A stretch of DNA of 64,000 nucleotides, taken from NCBI GenBank assembly GCA_965368975.1, contig CBDUPA010000002.1, forward strand, positions 160,001 through 224,000, given 5' to 3'. Each line of letters starts with the position of its first letter. The first letter of the stretch is position 1. The DNA comes from an uncultured bacterium. GTDB lineage: Bacteria > Acidobacteriota > Thermoanaerobaculia > Multivoradales > JAHZIX01. A program made the translations under genes and the position numbers. Below are positions 31,801 to 43,364 of this stretch, piece after piece. The notes beneath the pieces are model-generated. The model was given only the letters and a program-made list of their open reading frames with translations. It was not told the origin of the DNA and ran no database searches.

Positions 31801-32057
31801 TCCTGGGACACCGAGGTCAACTTCTTGAGCCCTTCCAGCCCCTGCAGCTCGCGCTCCAGCGGCCGGGTCACCTGCGATTCAATGTCTTCCGGAGAGGCCC
31901 CCGGATAGAGGGTGTAGACGATGATCAGCGGAATGTTGACGTCCGGGCTGCTCTCACGCGGCAGCGTGATGTACGACAACGCACCGGTGAGGACCAGCAC
32001 GGCGAGCAGGAAGAGGACGGTCAATCGCTTGCGAATCGCCAGGTCGGTCAGCTTCAT
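28848..32057 (-). CDS. RND efflux transporter permease (AcrB/AcrD/AcrF family)
   Basis: 1069 aa; YPGASPEDIE, GMLVDNAVVVIEN, GIVVNNAIVL, RLRPVVLT. Confidence 0.93.
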   Translation of the reverse strand: MKLTDLAIRKRLTVLFLLAVLVLTGALSYITLPRESSPDVNIPLIIVYTLYPGASPEDIESQVTRPLERELQGLEGLKKLTSVSQESASVVTVEFVSGTDIDDALQKVRDRADRAEADLPLEAEEPILQEINFSDIPVVQVHLSGDVGPVVLKNLAEDLQDVLESLPGVLRAQLLGGVEREVQVLVDPDRLRLYDLSLQDVVDTVAAENVAIPGGDLDLGDLKYAVRVPGEIDEPEEVGDFVIATRDGSPIYVRDIAEVRFGFEDRSSSARIDGEESVSLAVQKRLGANIIEVADLVRDTVARERQHWPAGVEVTLLADQSDEIRRMVLDLENNILSGLVLVVLVLMFALGLRNAIFVALAIPFSMLLTFLWIDASGVTLNMIVLFSLVLAVGMLVDNAVVVIENIYRHMQEGATREQAASEATEEVGGAILTSTLTTVGAFLPLVFWPGVIGDFMVYLPLTVIAVLLASLVVALTINPTLCAAFMRVLTPIEPEPPSELSLETAPAKGWLHRLGERAEGAYRRLLEFALDHRALFIAGTLLLFVVVVGLYGGPLNTGIEFFPETEPPQIWVDLEMPPGTRLERTDEVTRELEARLADVPDLRVMASGVGAGSQAEFVGQSEGGDTTKARITLDLVPRQERVQSSFLTMAEVRTRVASMPGVTISVDRQAEGPPVGDPLVIEISGPDFVVLGEIAARIRARLEGIPGMVSLDDDFDLARPELRLDIDRTQASRLGLTMDNIARTVRTAVNGTEASVYRYGKDEADIVVRLREEARTLDALQRLTVVDDDGDQVPLSIFASVERTSSLTAINHKNQQRMVTVSAQVTSPELADPVRKEAQRRLEARSDLLPEGYSLVFGGQSEDEEETKAFLGGAFLYALLIVLALMVAKFDSLAIPMIILTSVGMSMIGVLLGLIVTGLPFGIIMTGLGVISLAGIVVNNAIVLLDYAEQQRGKGLPRRQLVVDTGLRRLRPVVLTAVTTVLGLIPLSTGVEFDFHSFHFATGGESSQWWQTMGVAVIFGLVFATFLTLILVPVFYDLLLQFSERHQVATAPAEEPGEETGKEPSREQV

Positions 32058-32075
32058 GGGTCTACTCTCTCGCTC

Positions 32076-33179
32076 CTAGGACGCCGGCACGATATGGACC
32101 GCCTCGCCGTCACCCACCTGCTGCTGTCCCTCGACGATCAGCCGTGCTCCGGGCGCCAAGCCTTCCAGTACCACGACCTGTTCGCCCAGCACGGGCCCGA
32201 GTTCGACCTCGCGGCGGCGGGCGATACTCTCCCCTTCCTCGACAGTGCCATCGACGACATACACCGCCTTGGCGGTGCCGAGATCGATCACCGCGTCCAG
32301 GGGGACGAGAACAACGTCTTCGAGCGTCTGCCGTTCGACCTGCAGCCAGGCCAGCATACCGGGACGCAGGCGGCCGTCGGCATTGTCGATTTCCGCCTCG
32401 ACATCGAGCGTACGTGCCTGCGGATCCAGTTCTGCGCCCAGACGAATGATGTTGCCTTCGACCACGTCGTCACCGCTCTTGTGACTCGTGCCCGCCTGCA
32501 CGCGGATCGACACCGTTGCCCCGACCTGCAGGTACAGCACGTCGGTGGCTGGCGCCGGGGCACGGACCTTCAGGCGCGCCGCGTCGAGCAGTTCGAGCAT
32601 CGGCTGACCAGGAACCACGTAGTCCCCCACCTCGATCCGCTTGGCCGCGATCTGCCCAGTCCACGGTGCGTCCAGGCGCGACTTGGACAGCCGCAGGCGG
32701 GCGCTCGCCAAACGGGCTTCGGCAACGTCGCGGTTGGTCACAGCGTCGAGCATCTGCTGCTTGGTGATCGAGCGCCGTTCGAAGAGATTCTCGGCGCGCT
32801 CGAACTGCGCCGCCGCTTGCCGGTGCAGGGCTTCGGCCTCGGCCAAGGCCTGCTGCAGGGCTCGTGTGTCGACTTGTGCCAACACATGGCCCCGGCGTAC
32901 CGCCTGTCCGACCTCGACGTGCAGTGCCTCGACGACGCCGTCGACCTCGGCGGCCAGCACGGCGCGGCGCAGCGGTAGCAGATCCGCGGGCAGGCTGACG
33001 ACGTCGTGCACCGTCTGCGCGGCAAGCGTCCGCACCCGCACCGGCACCGCTTCACGGACCACTTCCGAGCTTCCCTGTTCCGCCGGCTCCGCCCCGGGAG
33101 CCTGCTCCGAACCACAACCAGCCAGGAACGGCACGGCGAGCAGGACGAGACCACCAACTAACCTGATACGTCGTGTCAT
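32076..33179 (-). CDS. RND efflux periplasmic adaptor (membrane fusion) lipoprotein
   Basis: Lipobox LAGC, APWTGQI, LRPGM, GL..G. Confidence 0.9.
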   Translation of the reverse strand: MTRRIRLVGGLVLLAVPFLAGCGSEQAPGAEPAEQGSSEVVREAVPVRVRTLAAQTVHDVVSLPADLLPLRRAVLAAEVDGVVEALHVEVGQAVRRGHVLAQVDTRALQQALAEAEALHRQAAAQFERAENLFERRSITKQQMLDAVTNRDVAEARLASARLRLSKSRLDAPWTGQIAAKRIEVGDYVVPGQPMLELLDAARLKVRAPAPATDVLYLQVGATVSIRVQAGTSHKSGDDVVEGNIIRLGAELDPQARTLDVEAEIDNADGRLRPGMLAWLQVERQTLEDVVLVPLDAVIDLGTAKAVYVVDGTVEEGESIARRREVELGPVLGEQVVVLEGLAPGARLIVEGQQQVGDGEAVHIVPAS

Positions 33180-34708
33180 GAGTTTCCCTCGGGCGCGGTA
33201 GAAGATTCAGCCTGCCGGTTCTCTGCGGGCCAGGCATCGACGGGCAGATGACCTGCAGCCCGGTGCAGTCGCGCCCACGCACTGAGCGCGGAGTAGTAGG
33301 CCTGCACCAGCACCAATTCGGCGTCAGTCTCTTGCTGTTGCGCATCGAGCAGATCGGACTGCAGGGCGACGCCTTCCTGGTAGCTCTCGCGTGCGACGCG
33401 GCGCGCCTCGCGCGCAGCCTGGGCCGAGATCTCGGCCGCCTGCCAGCGAGCACATGCCGCCTGGTAGGCCGCCAGCGCCTGCTCGACCTCGACCCGAAGG
33501 CTCAGCTCCAGGTCGCGCTGCTGCCAAGCGAGTTGCAACCGCTGGCTGTCGAGACGCGCCAGCTGCCCCTTGCGTCGACCACCATCGAACAGGTCCCAAG
33601 ACAGGCCAACGGTCAGCGACCAGTCGCGAAACAGCGGATCGTCCAGGTTCTCGACCAGGCGCGCGCTATGCCCGTACGCTCCGGAGAGTTCCAGGCTCGG
33701 CTTGCCGCCACTGGCGACCACCGTTTTCTGCTGCTCCAGGGCGCGTTGTTGCAGTTCCAGATCGCGCAGTTCCGGCCGCGCTCGGCGGCCCGCGGCGAGA
33801 ACTTCTTCGAGAGCCGGTGGCGTGGGTGGATCGAGGACTGCTTCACGCAGCCGTAGGCGCCCGGTGCCGTCCGGTGCAGAATTCCCGCCGAAGGACGACA
33901 AACCGAGAACTTGCCGCAGCCGGCTCTCGGCCACCAGCACGTCACCACGAATGGTGGCCACTTCCGGTTCGACCTGCGCCAACGACGCCTGGCCGCGCAG
34001 CAGTTCCAGCCGCGTCGCTTCACCAAGGTCGTAGCGCGCCTGGACGACCGCCAGCGATTCTTCGCGTACCTGCCGTTGGCTCTCGACGGTGATCAGCGCC
34101 CGGCGCAGCGCCAGCAACTGGTAGTACGCCTGTGCCGCCACCAGGCCGGTGTCCAGGCGCACGGTACGGATCTGCTCGTCGGTGACGTCGACCAGCGTGC
34201 GCGCCAGACGAATCGCGGTGCCGACACGGCCCCAGGTGTAGAGCGGCTGCGTCACCTCGACCGACACACGGTACAACTCCTGCTCCCGCGGCACGAAGTC
34301 ACCGCCGGGGAACTGATCGACGAAATCCGCGAAGTCGGCGCTGTTGAGCAGCGACGGATTGCGCGAGCGTCCCCAGTCGCTGATCGCGGTCAACTGCGGA
34401 AAGGCCTCGGCCCGGCTTTCACGCACGCCACCAACCACCTCCCAGCGCCGCTCTTCTACGGCCTTCAGCGCCGGATTGTGCGCCAGGGCCAGGGCGACGA
34501 CCTCGGCCAGACCCAGCTCGACCCCCGGATCGGCACGCGGCAACTCGCCGGGCGTGCGCTCCGCCAGCGGTGGCGCCGCGACGTTGCGCTGGTCCAGCAC
34601 CTCACGCCAGAGCTGCGCATCGGCCGCTCCGCTCACCACGATCACCGTGCCGATCAACATCCACAGGAGCGCCCGCACCGTCCCGCCGAGCACTAGCTCT
34701 CTGCTCAT
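33176..34708 (-). CDS. TolC family outer membrane efflux protein
   Basis: Signal peptide, AL..NP, QPLYTWG, RPEL, W.LFDGG, Y..G; ATGA overlap with the TetR stop. Confidence 0.88.
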   Translation of the reverse strand: MSRELVLGGTVRALLWMLIGTVIVVSGAADAQLWREVLDQRNVAAPPLAERTPGELPRADPGVELGLAEVVALALAHNPALKAVEERRWEVVGGVRESRAEAFPQLTAISDWGRSRNPSLLNSADFADFVDQFPGGDFVPREQELYRVSVEVTQPLYTWGRVGTAIRLARTLVDVTDEQIRTVRLDTGLVAAQAYYQLLALRRALITVESQRQVREESLAVVQARYDLGEATRLELLRGQASLAQVEPEVATIRGDVLVAESRLRQVLGLSSFGGNSAPDGTGRLRLREAVLDPPTPPALEEVLAAGRRARPELRDLELQQRALEQQKTVVASGGKPSLELSGAYGHSARLVENLDDPLFRDWSLTVGLSWDLFDGGRRKGQLARLDSQRLQLAWQQRDLELSLRVEVEQALAAYQAACARWQAAEISAQAAREARRVARESYQEGVALQSDLLDAQQQETDAELVLVQAYYSALSAWARLHRAAGHLPVDAWPAENRQAESSTAPEGNS

Positions 34709-35337
34709 TCCGCAATCTCCCCACCTAAACCAAGCCACAGCTGACGCCATAGCGCATCGCGCCGGAGGAACATGCGACTGGTTTCAGGATCGCCGAAGAC
34801 GATATTGATCAGGATGCCGTCGATCAGCGCCCGGAACAGCAGGGAGCGGTCGACGTTGTCGCCCTGCGGTAACTCGCCAGCCGCTACCGCGGCCTCGAAG
34901 AAGGCGATCAGCTGCGCTTCGTGATCTTGCTTCTGACCATCGAGCCACGTCCGGACACGCACACCCAGATCGCCCGTGAGCTGGGTCGCGGCGACGCGCA
35001 GTACCGCCACCTCGTGGGGTCGTTCGCGCGTGAAACACAGCGCCGCGTCCATATGTTGGCGCAGGCGCTCAGCGTAGCCACCGCTCGCATCGTCGAGAGA
35101 CTCGCCACTCGCGTCGCGCCAGGCGATCAGGCTGTCTTCGAGCAACTCCATCAGCAGCTCTTCTTTGGAACCGTAGTAGTTGTAGAGGGCTGCCTTGCTC
35201 AGTCCCAGCTGCTGCGCCAGCGCCGCGATCGACGTCCCTCCGTAGCCGCGCTGGCCGAAGAGCTCCGCGGCGGTCCGCCGGATACGCTGGCGGGTAGAGG
35301 TACCGGTGTCTGAGGTGCCGTTCGATGACGTGTTCAT
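34705..35337 (-). CDS. TetR/AcrR family transcriptional regulator
   Basis: N-terminal HTH LF..RGY.GTS...[19 protein letters not shown]. Confidence 0.92.
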   Translation of the reverse strand: MNTSSNGTSDTGTSTRQRIRRTAAELFGQRGYGGTSIAALAQQLGLSKAALYNYYGSKEELLMELLEDSLIAWRDASGESLDDASGGYAERLRQHMDAALCFTRERPHEVAVLRVAATQLTGDLGVRVRTWLDGQKQDHEAQLIAFFEAAVAAGELPQGDNVDRSLLFRALIDGILINIVFGDPETSRMFLRRDALWRQLWLGLGGEIAE

Positions 35338-35351
35338 GGCGTGCTCGGGTG

Positions 35352-35383
35352 AACGAACGATCGTTGATTACCGATCGTTCGTT
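35352..35383. promoter_or_regulatory. TetR operator (12-bp inverted repeat)
   Basis: AACGAACGATCG-N8-CGATCGTTCGTT just upstream of the TetR start, in a divergent intergenic region. Confidence 0.7.
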
Positions 35384-35512
35384 AATTTAGGCCACTCCAT
35401 GGTACCTGTCAAGGACGTGGCCGATCAGCCCTCTGCGCGAGGCGTCACGGTGGTAGGCTGGACCCGGAAACCCACACGGCACCGGCCCAAGAAGCATCCC
35501 GTGGAGCGACCT

Positions 35513-37783
<2,271 letters not shown>

Positions 37784-37954
37784 AGCCAGCACTCCATCCC
37801 TCTCCTTCTGGATGCAGCCATTTCACCAACCCCACAGTTAGGTACTTGACACAGCGATCGAAGGTCGGCCGGCCCGCTCGTTGATGTGCTCTCGGGGAAA
37901 CCCTCCCCAGAGTGATCCTAGAGCTAGTGACCATTGCTCAGAAAGGAGCACACC

Positions 37955-38101
37955 ATGTCGACTACCCAGACCAACGGATCGAACAAAGTGCTAGACACTA
38001 CACAGACGAGCCCTCTCGTCAACCTGAACGACAAGTCCTACGAGGAAAAAGAGCCCAAGCCCGTGGATGACGAGCCCGATGGCAGCCCGTCCTCCAACTA
38101 A
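37955..38101 (+). CDS. Unannotated 48-aa Ser/Thr-rich, acidic small protein
   Basis: Strong RBS AAAGGAG then ATG at 37955; MSTTQTNGSNKVLDTTQTSPLVNLNDKSYEEKEPKPVDDEPDGSPSSN; followed by a terminator hairpin. Confidence 0.7.
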   Translation: MSTTQTNGSNKVLDTTQTSPLVNLNDKSYEEKEPKPVDDEPDGSPSSN

Positions 38102-38125
38102 GTCGATCCTCTCAACTCTTTCCCC

Positions 38126-38154
38126 AGCCCCCGCGCCAGCGCGGGGGCTCTTCT
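38126..38154 (+). terminator. Intrinsic terminator after the small ORF
   Basis: AGCCCCCGCGC-CA-GCGCGGGGGCT then CTTCT. Confidence 0.65.
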
Positions 38155-38203
38155 CGTGCCGTGATGAGCCGCGCGCCCTGAGTGGCCTTCGTTGCTGATG
38201 CTC

Positions 38204-40642
38204 CTACTCCCAGAGAGCCTCGCAAGACCTGGACTCAGCCCTCTGCCGCCAGTCGCTCGCCTGCGCCTGTCCTAGGCGCGCATAGACTTCCGCCACGCGC
38301 AACGCGCTCTGTTCGACCTGGAAGGTACCCTCCCCCTTTGTGCGGCAGACGGCTCGATAGCCTTGCTGGAATAGAATCGCAGCCGACACATCATCGCCCG
38401 CGGCCGCCGCGAGGTAGCCGCGCAAGGCATCCGCCTCAGTCACAACGTCGGAGGCACCTTCAGGACCGGATTGGAGCACTTCCAGCGCGTTGTTCAAGCT
38501 CTTCCTTCCTTCTAGGAGGCGTCCGCGAAGCAGTAGGAAGGCGGCGAGATCTCGCTCAGCCAGCGCAACCTTCCGGCGAATGTCGAGGTGATCCACATTC
38601 TCCGAGGAGAGCTGTCGCCGCAGTTCCAGGTTGCGTCTCAGCGTCGCCTCGGCCTCGGGACGCCCGAGGTGAGTCTGCACCCGACCCAACAGGCCAGCAA
38701 TGTTGACCCGAACTCCCGGGTCCAGATTCGCGACCTTCGCTGCGACATCCTGGGCTCTTGCGAGTTCCTGCTCGGCCTCCCGCAACTCACCACGGGTAAA
38801 GGCCACTGAGGCCAGGCTGTAGCGAATACGGACGATCTCGGTACTGCTTACCAAACTCCGCTCCTCAGCTAACTCCAGGGCTTGCCTGTAACGCGCCGAA
38901 GCTTCCTCGTAGTACCGTCCCATTCTCAAGGCTGAGCCCCAGTCGACCAGATTCGAGACTCGGTTCGGGTGATCAGGGTCCTGATGGCGCCAAATCACCT
39001 CGAGTTCTTTGAAGTACCGCGCTGCCATGTAATAGTTCCGTGCTGCATAGAAGACATCGCCAGATTCCTTGAGATACCCCATCCATTCCCGGTCAACATC
39101 ACCTTGGCGCGTGCGCTCCGTCTCGAGGACGATCTCGTACATTCCTTCAGCCAGCTTGTCAAAGCCCAGCGTCTGCAGAGACAGCCCAGCAACTCTGGCA
39201 CGTCTCGCTCTCTCCACGGGATGACGCAGGTCGGGTAGATACGCCGACAACTCGAGGAGTTCCGCCTCCGTGAGTGCGGACTCACGAGGGTACAAGAGAG
39301 CATCAGAACTCAACCAACTGAGTAGATTTTCTTCTCTCTCTGCCTGGTCACCAAGCTTGCTTGTCATCCCCAGTAGGATGAGGATACAGATGATCAAAGC
39401 CACCGCCAGCGCCGCTACGAGCTTCTGCCGGCGCACGAACTTACCCACCAGGTACACCAAGGTGCTATGACGCGCACGCACCGGCAATCCTCGCACATGG
39501 TTGCGGATGTCGTCCGCCATCAGTTCGACCGATCCATAGCGATTCCGCGGACTCTTGCGCAGCGCCTTGAGCAGGATGGCATCGAGGTCGCCAGACAGGC
39601 GACGCTGCAGGCGATGCACCGAGGTTTCCCGCAGCCGAGCGATCACCTCCGGGGTCAACGAGCTTCCCTCTTCTCCGACCGGTGCAGCCTGGGCAACGGC
39701 CCGGCTGGGCAGCGTCGGTTTGGTCTCGCAGATGACCTTCGACAGCTGGTAGAGATTCTGGCTGTCAACCTCGTAAGGCGGACGACCGCACAGCAAGTGA
39801 TAGAGCAGGACGCCGAGTGCGTAGACATCGATAGAGGTAGTGACCGGGGCTCCCGATACCTGCTCCGGACTGGCGTAGCGCGGTGTCATCGGACTCGCAC
39901 CGGCGGCGGTCAGCGTGGCTGCATCCGGTTCCAGGTGCTTGGCGATGCCGAAGTCGAGCAGCTTGGGCTCTCCGTCCGAGGTCACCAGAATGTTGCCGGG
40001 CTTCAGGTCTCGGTGCACGATCAGGCTGCGGTGTGCCGCCTCGACGGCGGAGCACACCTTGAGGAAGAGTTCGAGACGCCGACGGATACTCAGCCGGTGC
40101 GTATCGCAGTAAACGTCGATCGGGGCGCCCTCGACGTACTCCATGACGAAATACGGCGTATCGTCCTCGGCTGTGCCGCCGTCGAGCAGATGCGCGATGT
40201 AGGGATGATCCAGGTAGGCGAGCATCTGCCGCTCTAGCTCGAAGCGGGCGTGATGGTCTTCACTGGCGAAGCGGCCCACCTTCGACGGATCGACGAACTT
40301 GATCGCCACCTCCTGCTCGAAGTCCGCCTCGCGAACCGCCCGATACACCTTCCCCATACCGCCGTGCCCGACCTGCTCGAACAAGCGGTACGGGCCGACA
40401 CGCTTCGGCTGTCCGAGATCTCCCTCACTCTCGCGCTCGCGGGGCACGTGCACGGACCACAGAGGTCGTTCCAAGAAACCATCGCGTAGACGGGCTCGGG
40501 AACGCAGAAGAACTTCTGCCTGGCTCTGTAGGTTCAGGTCCCCGTGGCAGTGCCGCTCGAGAACCGTGGTCTGCTCGTCCGCGGGGACCTCCAGGGCCGC
40601 TTCGAGAATCGACTTGAGGCGCTGCCAGCTCGAACTCCTCAC
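38204..40642 (-). CDS. Ser/Thr protein kinase with TM segment and C-terminal TPR region (ECF-associated)
   Basis: GHGGMG, VAIK, HRDLKPGN, DFG, MTPRYASPE, GDLD.I..KAL, hydrophobic LVAALAVALIICILILLG, then TPR-like repeats. Confidence 0.92.
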   Translation of the reverse strand: MRSSSWQRLKSILEAALEVPADEQTTVLERHCHGDLNLQSQAEVLLRSRARLRDGFLERPLWSVHVPRERESEGDLGQPKRVGPYRLFEQVGHGGMGKVYRAVREADFEQEVAIKFVDPSKVGRFASEDHHARFELERQMLAYLDHPYIAHLLDGGTAEDDTPYFVMEYVEGAPIDVYCDTHRLSIRRRLELFLKVCSAVEAAHRSLIVHRDLKPGNILVTSDGEPKLLDFGIAKHLEPDAATLTAAGASPMTPRYASPEQVSGAPVTTSIDVYALGVLLYHLLCGRPPYEVDSQNLYQLSKVICETKPTLPSRAVAQAAPVGEEGSSLTPEVIARLRETSVHRLQRRLSGDLDAILLKALRKSPRNRYGSVELMADDIRNHVRGLPVRARHSTLVYLVGKFVRRQKLVAALAVALIICILILLGMTSKLGDQAEREENLLSWLSSDALLYPRESALTEAELLELSAYLPDLRHPVERARRARVAGLSLQTLGFDKLAEGMYEIVLETERTRQGDVDREWMGYLKESGDVFYAARNYYMAARYFKELEVIWRHQDPDHPNRVSNLVDWGSALRMGRYYEEASARYRQALELAEERSLVSSTEIVRIRYSLASVAFTRGELREAEQELARAQDVAAKVANLDPGVRVNIAGLLGRVQTHLGRPEAEATLRRNLELRRQLSSENVDHLDIRRKVALAERDLAAFLLLRGRLLEGRKSLNNALEVLQSGPEGASDVVTEADALRGYLAAAAGDDVSAAILFQQGYRAVCRTKGEGTFQVEQSALRVAEVYARLGQAQASDWRQRAESRSCEALWE

Positions 40643-40664
40643 GACTTCGACTCCTTGCGGTTGC

Positions 40665-41228
40665 TCAGTCGCCCTTTAGTTCCTGCAGCAAGAAGAGACG
40701 GGCTGTTCCCCAGTCCCGCTTGACGGTCGATACCGAGATTCCTAGTGCCTCGGCGATCTCGCTGTGCGTCAAGCCAACGAAGTAGCGCAGCTCGACGATC
40801 TGACTCTGGCGCCGATCGATCTTGGCCAGGCTCCGCAGGGCATCGTCCAGTGCCAGTAAGTCCGGATCTCGGTGGTCCGGGAGGCGCAGGGTTTCGTCGA
40901 AGGGAAGTGGTCGCTCGCCGCCCCCGCGCTTGCCGGCCTGCCGGTGCCGCGCATGGTCGATCAGGATTCGGCGCATCAGGTTGCCCAAGAAAGCGAAGAA
41001 CTGCGCGCTGCTCTCCCAATTGACCGTGCGACGTTTTTCCAGGCGCAGATACACCTCGTTGATCAGCGCGGTGGCTTGTAGCGTGTGATCTGAACCTTCG
41101 CGCGCCATGAAGCTCCGAGCCAAGCGACGAATGTCCGCAAGGATCCTGGGCAGCAGGTGCTCCAAGGCCCGCGGATCGCCATCGCTCCAGCGCTGGAGCA
41201 GTCGGGTAACCTCCGAATCTGCAGACAT
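40665..41228 (-). CDS. ECF RNA polymerase sigma factor, TIGR02999 family
   Basis: EVTRLL..W..GD, HTLQATALINEVYLRL, MRRILIDHAR, KRGG, VELRYFVGL, STVKRDW..AR. Confidence 0.92.
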   Translation of the reverse strand: MSADSEVTRLLQRWSDGDPRALEHLLPRILADIRRLARSFMAREGSDHTLQATALINEVYLRLEKRRTVNWESSAQFFAFLGNLMRRILIDHARHRQAGKRGGGERPLPFDETLRLPDHRDPDLLALDDALRSLAKIDRRQSQIVELRYFVGLTHSEIAEALGISVSTVKRDWGTARLFLLQELKGD

Positions 41229-41263
41229 CAAAATTGGATTGTACCAGGCTTCGATACATCGCT

Positions 41264-41905
41264 TCACAATTCATGGCTTCGGCACTCGAGACGGGGGACG
41301 TGCAGGACCGCTGCCGGGCCACAGGCGGCCCAGGACATCGTGGCCGCAAGAAGCACAGGCACCATGACCGGTGTCAGTAAGCGTACCGCCCGATCCAGGA
41401 TCTGTTGGTTCCAATGACGGTACTCGGGGTCGGCTTCGGCTTCGGCCTCGTCAGTGGTAGCCGCAATCTCGGCTTCCGGCGCAGCCTCGTCCAGCTGGCG
41501 CAACTTTGCCAGCACCTGCCCGACGGCATCAGCGCTCAGGAACCCCGTGCGGTTTGCCGAGGCCAAGCGGGAAGCCGGTACCGTCGCCGCATGCGCACAG
41601 CGCACAATCAGTGGCCCGACGTCGGCGCTCTGGAAGCTGGCGGATAGAACTACGTCCGCGCGGCCGGCAAGCCAGCCGGTATCCGCCGGTACGATCTGGA
41701 CGACATCCAGACAGCCTCGCTGGTCGGCCACGGCAACGACCAACCATTCCAAACCGCTGTCGGCAGTCTCGGCGATGACGAAGAGATCTCCCACCCTCGG
41801 GTGACTCTCGTCATGAGGCTTGGTTGCCTCCAAAACCGCAGCACGCACCTCGGGCGTCCTGCGAATCTGCGACCAAAGGCGTTCGACCGGTACAGCTTCG
41901 CTCAT
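41264..41905 (-). CDS. Hypothetical protein with PemK/MazF-like (SH3-barrel) pattern and hydrophobic C-terminus
   Basis: ATG at 41905 overlaps the upstream stop (ATGA); GDLFVI...WLVV...VQIVP...LIVRC...TVP..RL...G.L...V...L. Confidence 0.6.
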   Translation of the reverse strand: MSEAVPVERLWSQIRRTPEVRAAVLEATKPHDESHPRVGDLFVIAETADSGLEWLVVAVADQRGCLDVVQIVPADTGWLAGRADVVLSASFQSADVGPLIVRCAHAATVPASRLASANRTGFLSADAVGQVLAKLRQLDEAAPEAEIAATTDEAEAEADPEYRHWNQQILDRAVRLLTPVMVPVLLAATMSWAACGPAAVLHVPRLECRSHEL

Positions 41906-43080
41906 GCTCCCTGGCTCCTGTACGTAGATTCCGAGCTGCGTTCTTCTCCCTCTAGATCGGATATAACGACCGGGTTGTGGAACTGGCGGAAGCAATGGTC
42001 GATTTGTTGCCGAAGGAGCCGATGTAGCGGCGGTAGACGGTCTCGTGGAATCCCGAGTAGCCGCGACAGCTTGCGTTGCGACGGTACTCGAGCCGTAGCA
42101 TCCGTATCGTCCTGGCTCGGCATGGGTATATCGGCTGCGTGGCAGCGATAGAAGGTCCAGAGACGTCGCAGGTAGTCGCGGCTCACGGCGTCCAGGTCGA
42201 GACGGTCCAGCCCAGCAGTGACACCCTGCACGAGCTTCTCGAACTGATCTCGATCCTCCAACGCCTTTCCAGGCCGTCGGCGGCAAGCCATCAGGAACTC
42301 GCGAGCCCCCAAGTCGCTAACGACGATCTGACCTTGTTCGTCCTGCCACGCGGCCTTCCAACGGCTGCGCGCGTCCTTCTTCAGGGAGCTGCACAACGCC
42401 CGGAAGCGGAAGGCCTCGATGCCATGGCACATCGTCAGGTCCCGCAGATGCTGGTGCAACTGAGCAACGACGCGCTTCTGGGACCTTCCAAGTGCTGTCA
42501 CGAGATCTGGCAAGAGGTCGTCGTTCCACCGAACTGTCAGCGCCTCGAGCTTCTCGAGGGCAGGCTGGCTGTCAACATCGACTTTGGCTTCGGGCGTCGC
42601 GGCCGCGGCGTCACGACCCAGTACGGTCGTGCTACCGATATCTGAGCTCCCAGCCAGGACGTGTAGCTCGCCGACCTCGACAGCGGCGCGTACGGCTGAC
42701 CGTAGTAGGTTGAAGACGCGAAAGCCCAGCGGATCGTGCTTCTTCTGCCGATCGTGCAGATAGTTGCGAATATTACGAAAGATCAGGCCATCGATGTCGC
42801 GGCGTACTTCCAGTTGCCCCTTCAGGCTGCGCAGGCGCTGCAGGAATGCCGCCGAGTAGCAGTCGACCAAGAGGTCTTCCAGGGTGCTGGGAGTCCAACG
42901 GGCGGTGCCATAGATCCCTAGGTACCTGGGGGGCGCCTGGTACAGTCCGCGCAGCCGGAGTTCCGCAAGAACCGCGCAGCGCAGTTTCGTCCACATTGGG
43001 GCCAGGTCGTCCGCCGGGATCGCGTCTCCGTGCACGAGAGCGCGCACATGGGCTGTAAAGGTCGCATCCGAGTTCTTCAT
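41902..43080 (-). CDS. Atypical long sigma-70/ECF-like protein (sigma2-like N-terminus, HTH C-terminus)
   Basis: LEDLLVDCY and IFRNIRNYLHDRQKK resemble region 2; PSQRKLSRLLGIPRDRL resembles a region 4 HTH; RBS GGAGG. Confidence 0.6.
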   Translation of the reverse strand: MKNSDATFTAHVRALVHGDAIPADDLAPMWTKLRCAVLAELRLRGLYQAPPRYLGIYGTARWTPSTLEDLLVDCYSAAFLQRLRSLKGQLEVRRDIDGLIFRNIRNYLHDRQKKHDPLGFRVFNLLRSAVRAAVEVGELHVLAGSSDIGSTTVLGRDAAAATPEAKVDVDSQPALEKLEALTVRWNDDLLPDLVTALGRSQKRVVAQLHQHLRDLTMCHGIEAFRFRALCSSLKKDARSRWKAAWQDEQGQIVVSDLGAREFLMACRRRPGKALEDRDQFEKLVQGVTAGLDRLDLDAVSRDYLRRLWTFYRCHAADIPMPSQDDTDATARVPSQRKLSRLLGIPRDRLPPLHRLLRQQIDHCFRQFHNPVVISDLEGEERSSESTYRSQGA

Positions 43081-43364
43081 AACAATCCCTCCAGAGTCGT
43101 GAACAGCTAGCTATCTGCCTAGAGATCTGGGCCTTGCCGCTTCACGTGAGCCCTACCACTGATTCCGAGAGCTCCTGTTACCCACCCACGCGCAGCTCGG
43201 GCTGCAAACGGCTCAAACTTTCTTTTGCCGTTGCCGCGGAACCTGGATGAACGACTGAGCAAGTAGGGTTGCGTGCTAGCATCGACCGTCATGACGCCAT
43301 CGCCGTCAGAGCCAGCATCTGCACCCCCCACACCAGCCACGGCACAGCCTCGCGTCGCCCGACC

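Noticed and set aside
37846-37851. Perfect TTGACA as sigma70 promoter of the 48-aa ORF
   Set aside because: No -10 hexamer at 16-18 bp spacing.
43190-43245. c-di-GMP-I riboswitch-like GCAAA motifs upstream of the sigma-like gene
   Set aside because: The required paired stems and second conserved motif were not found.
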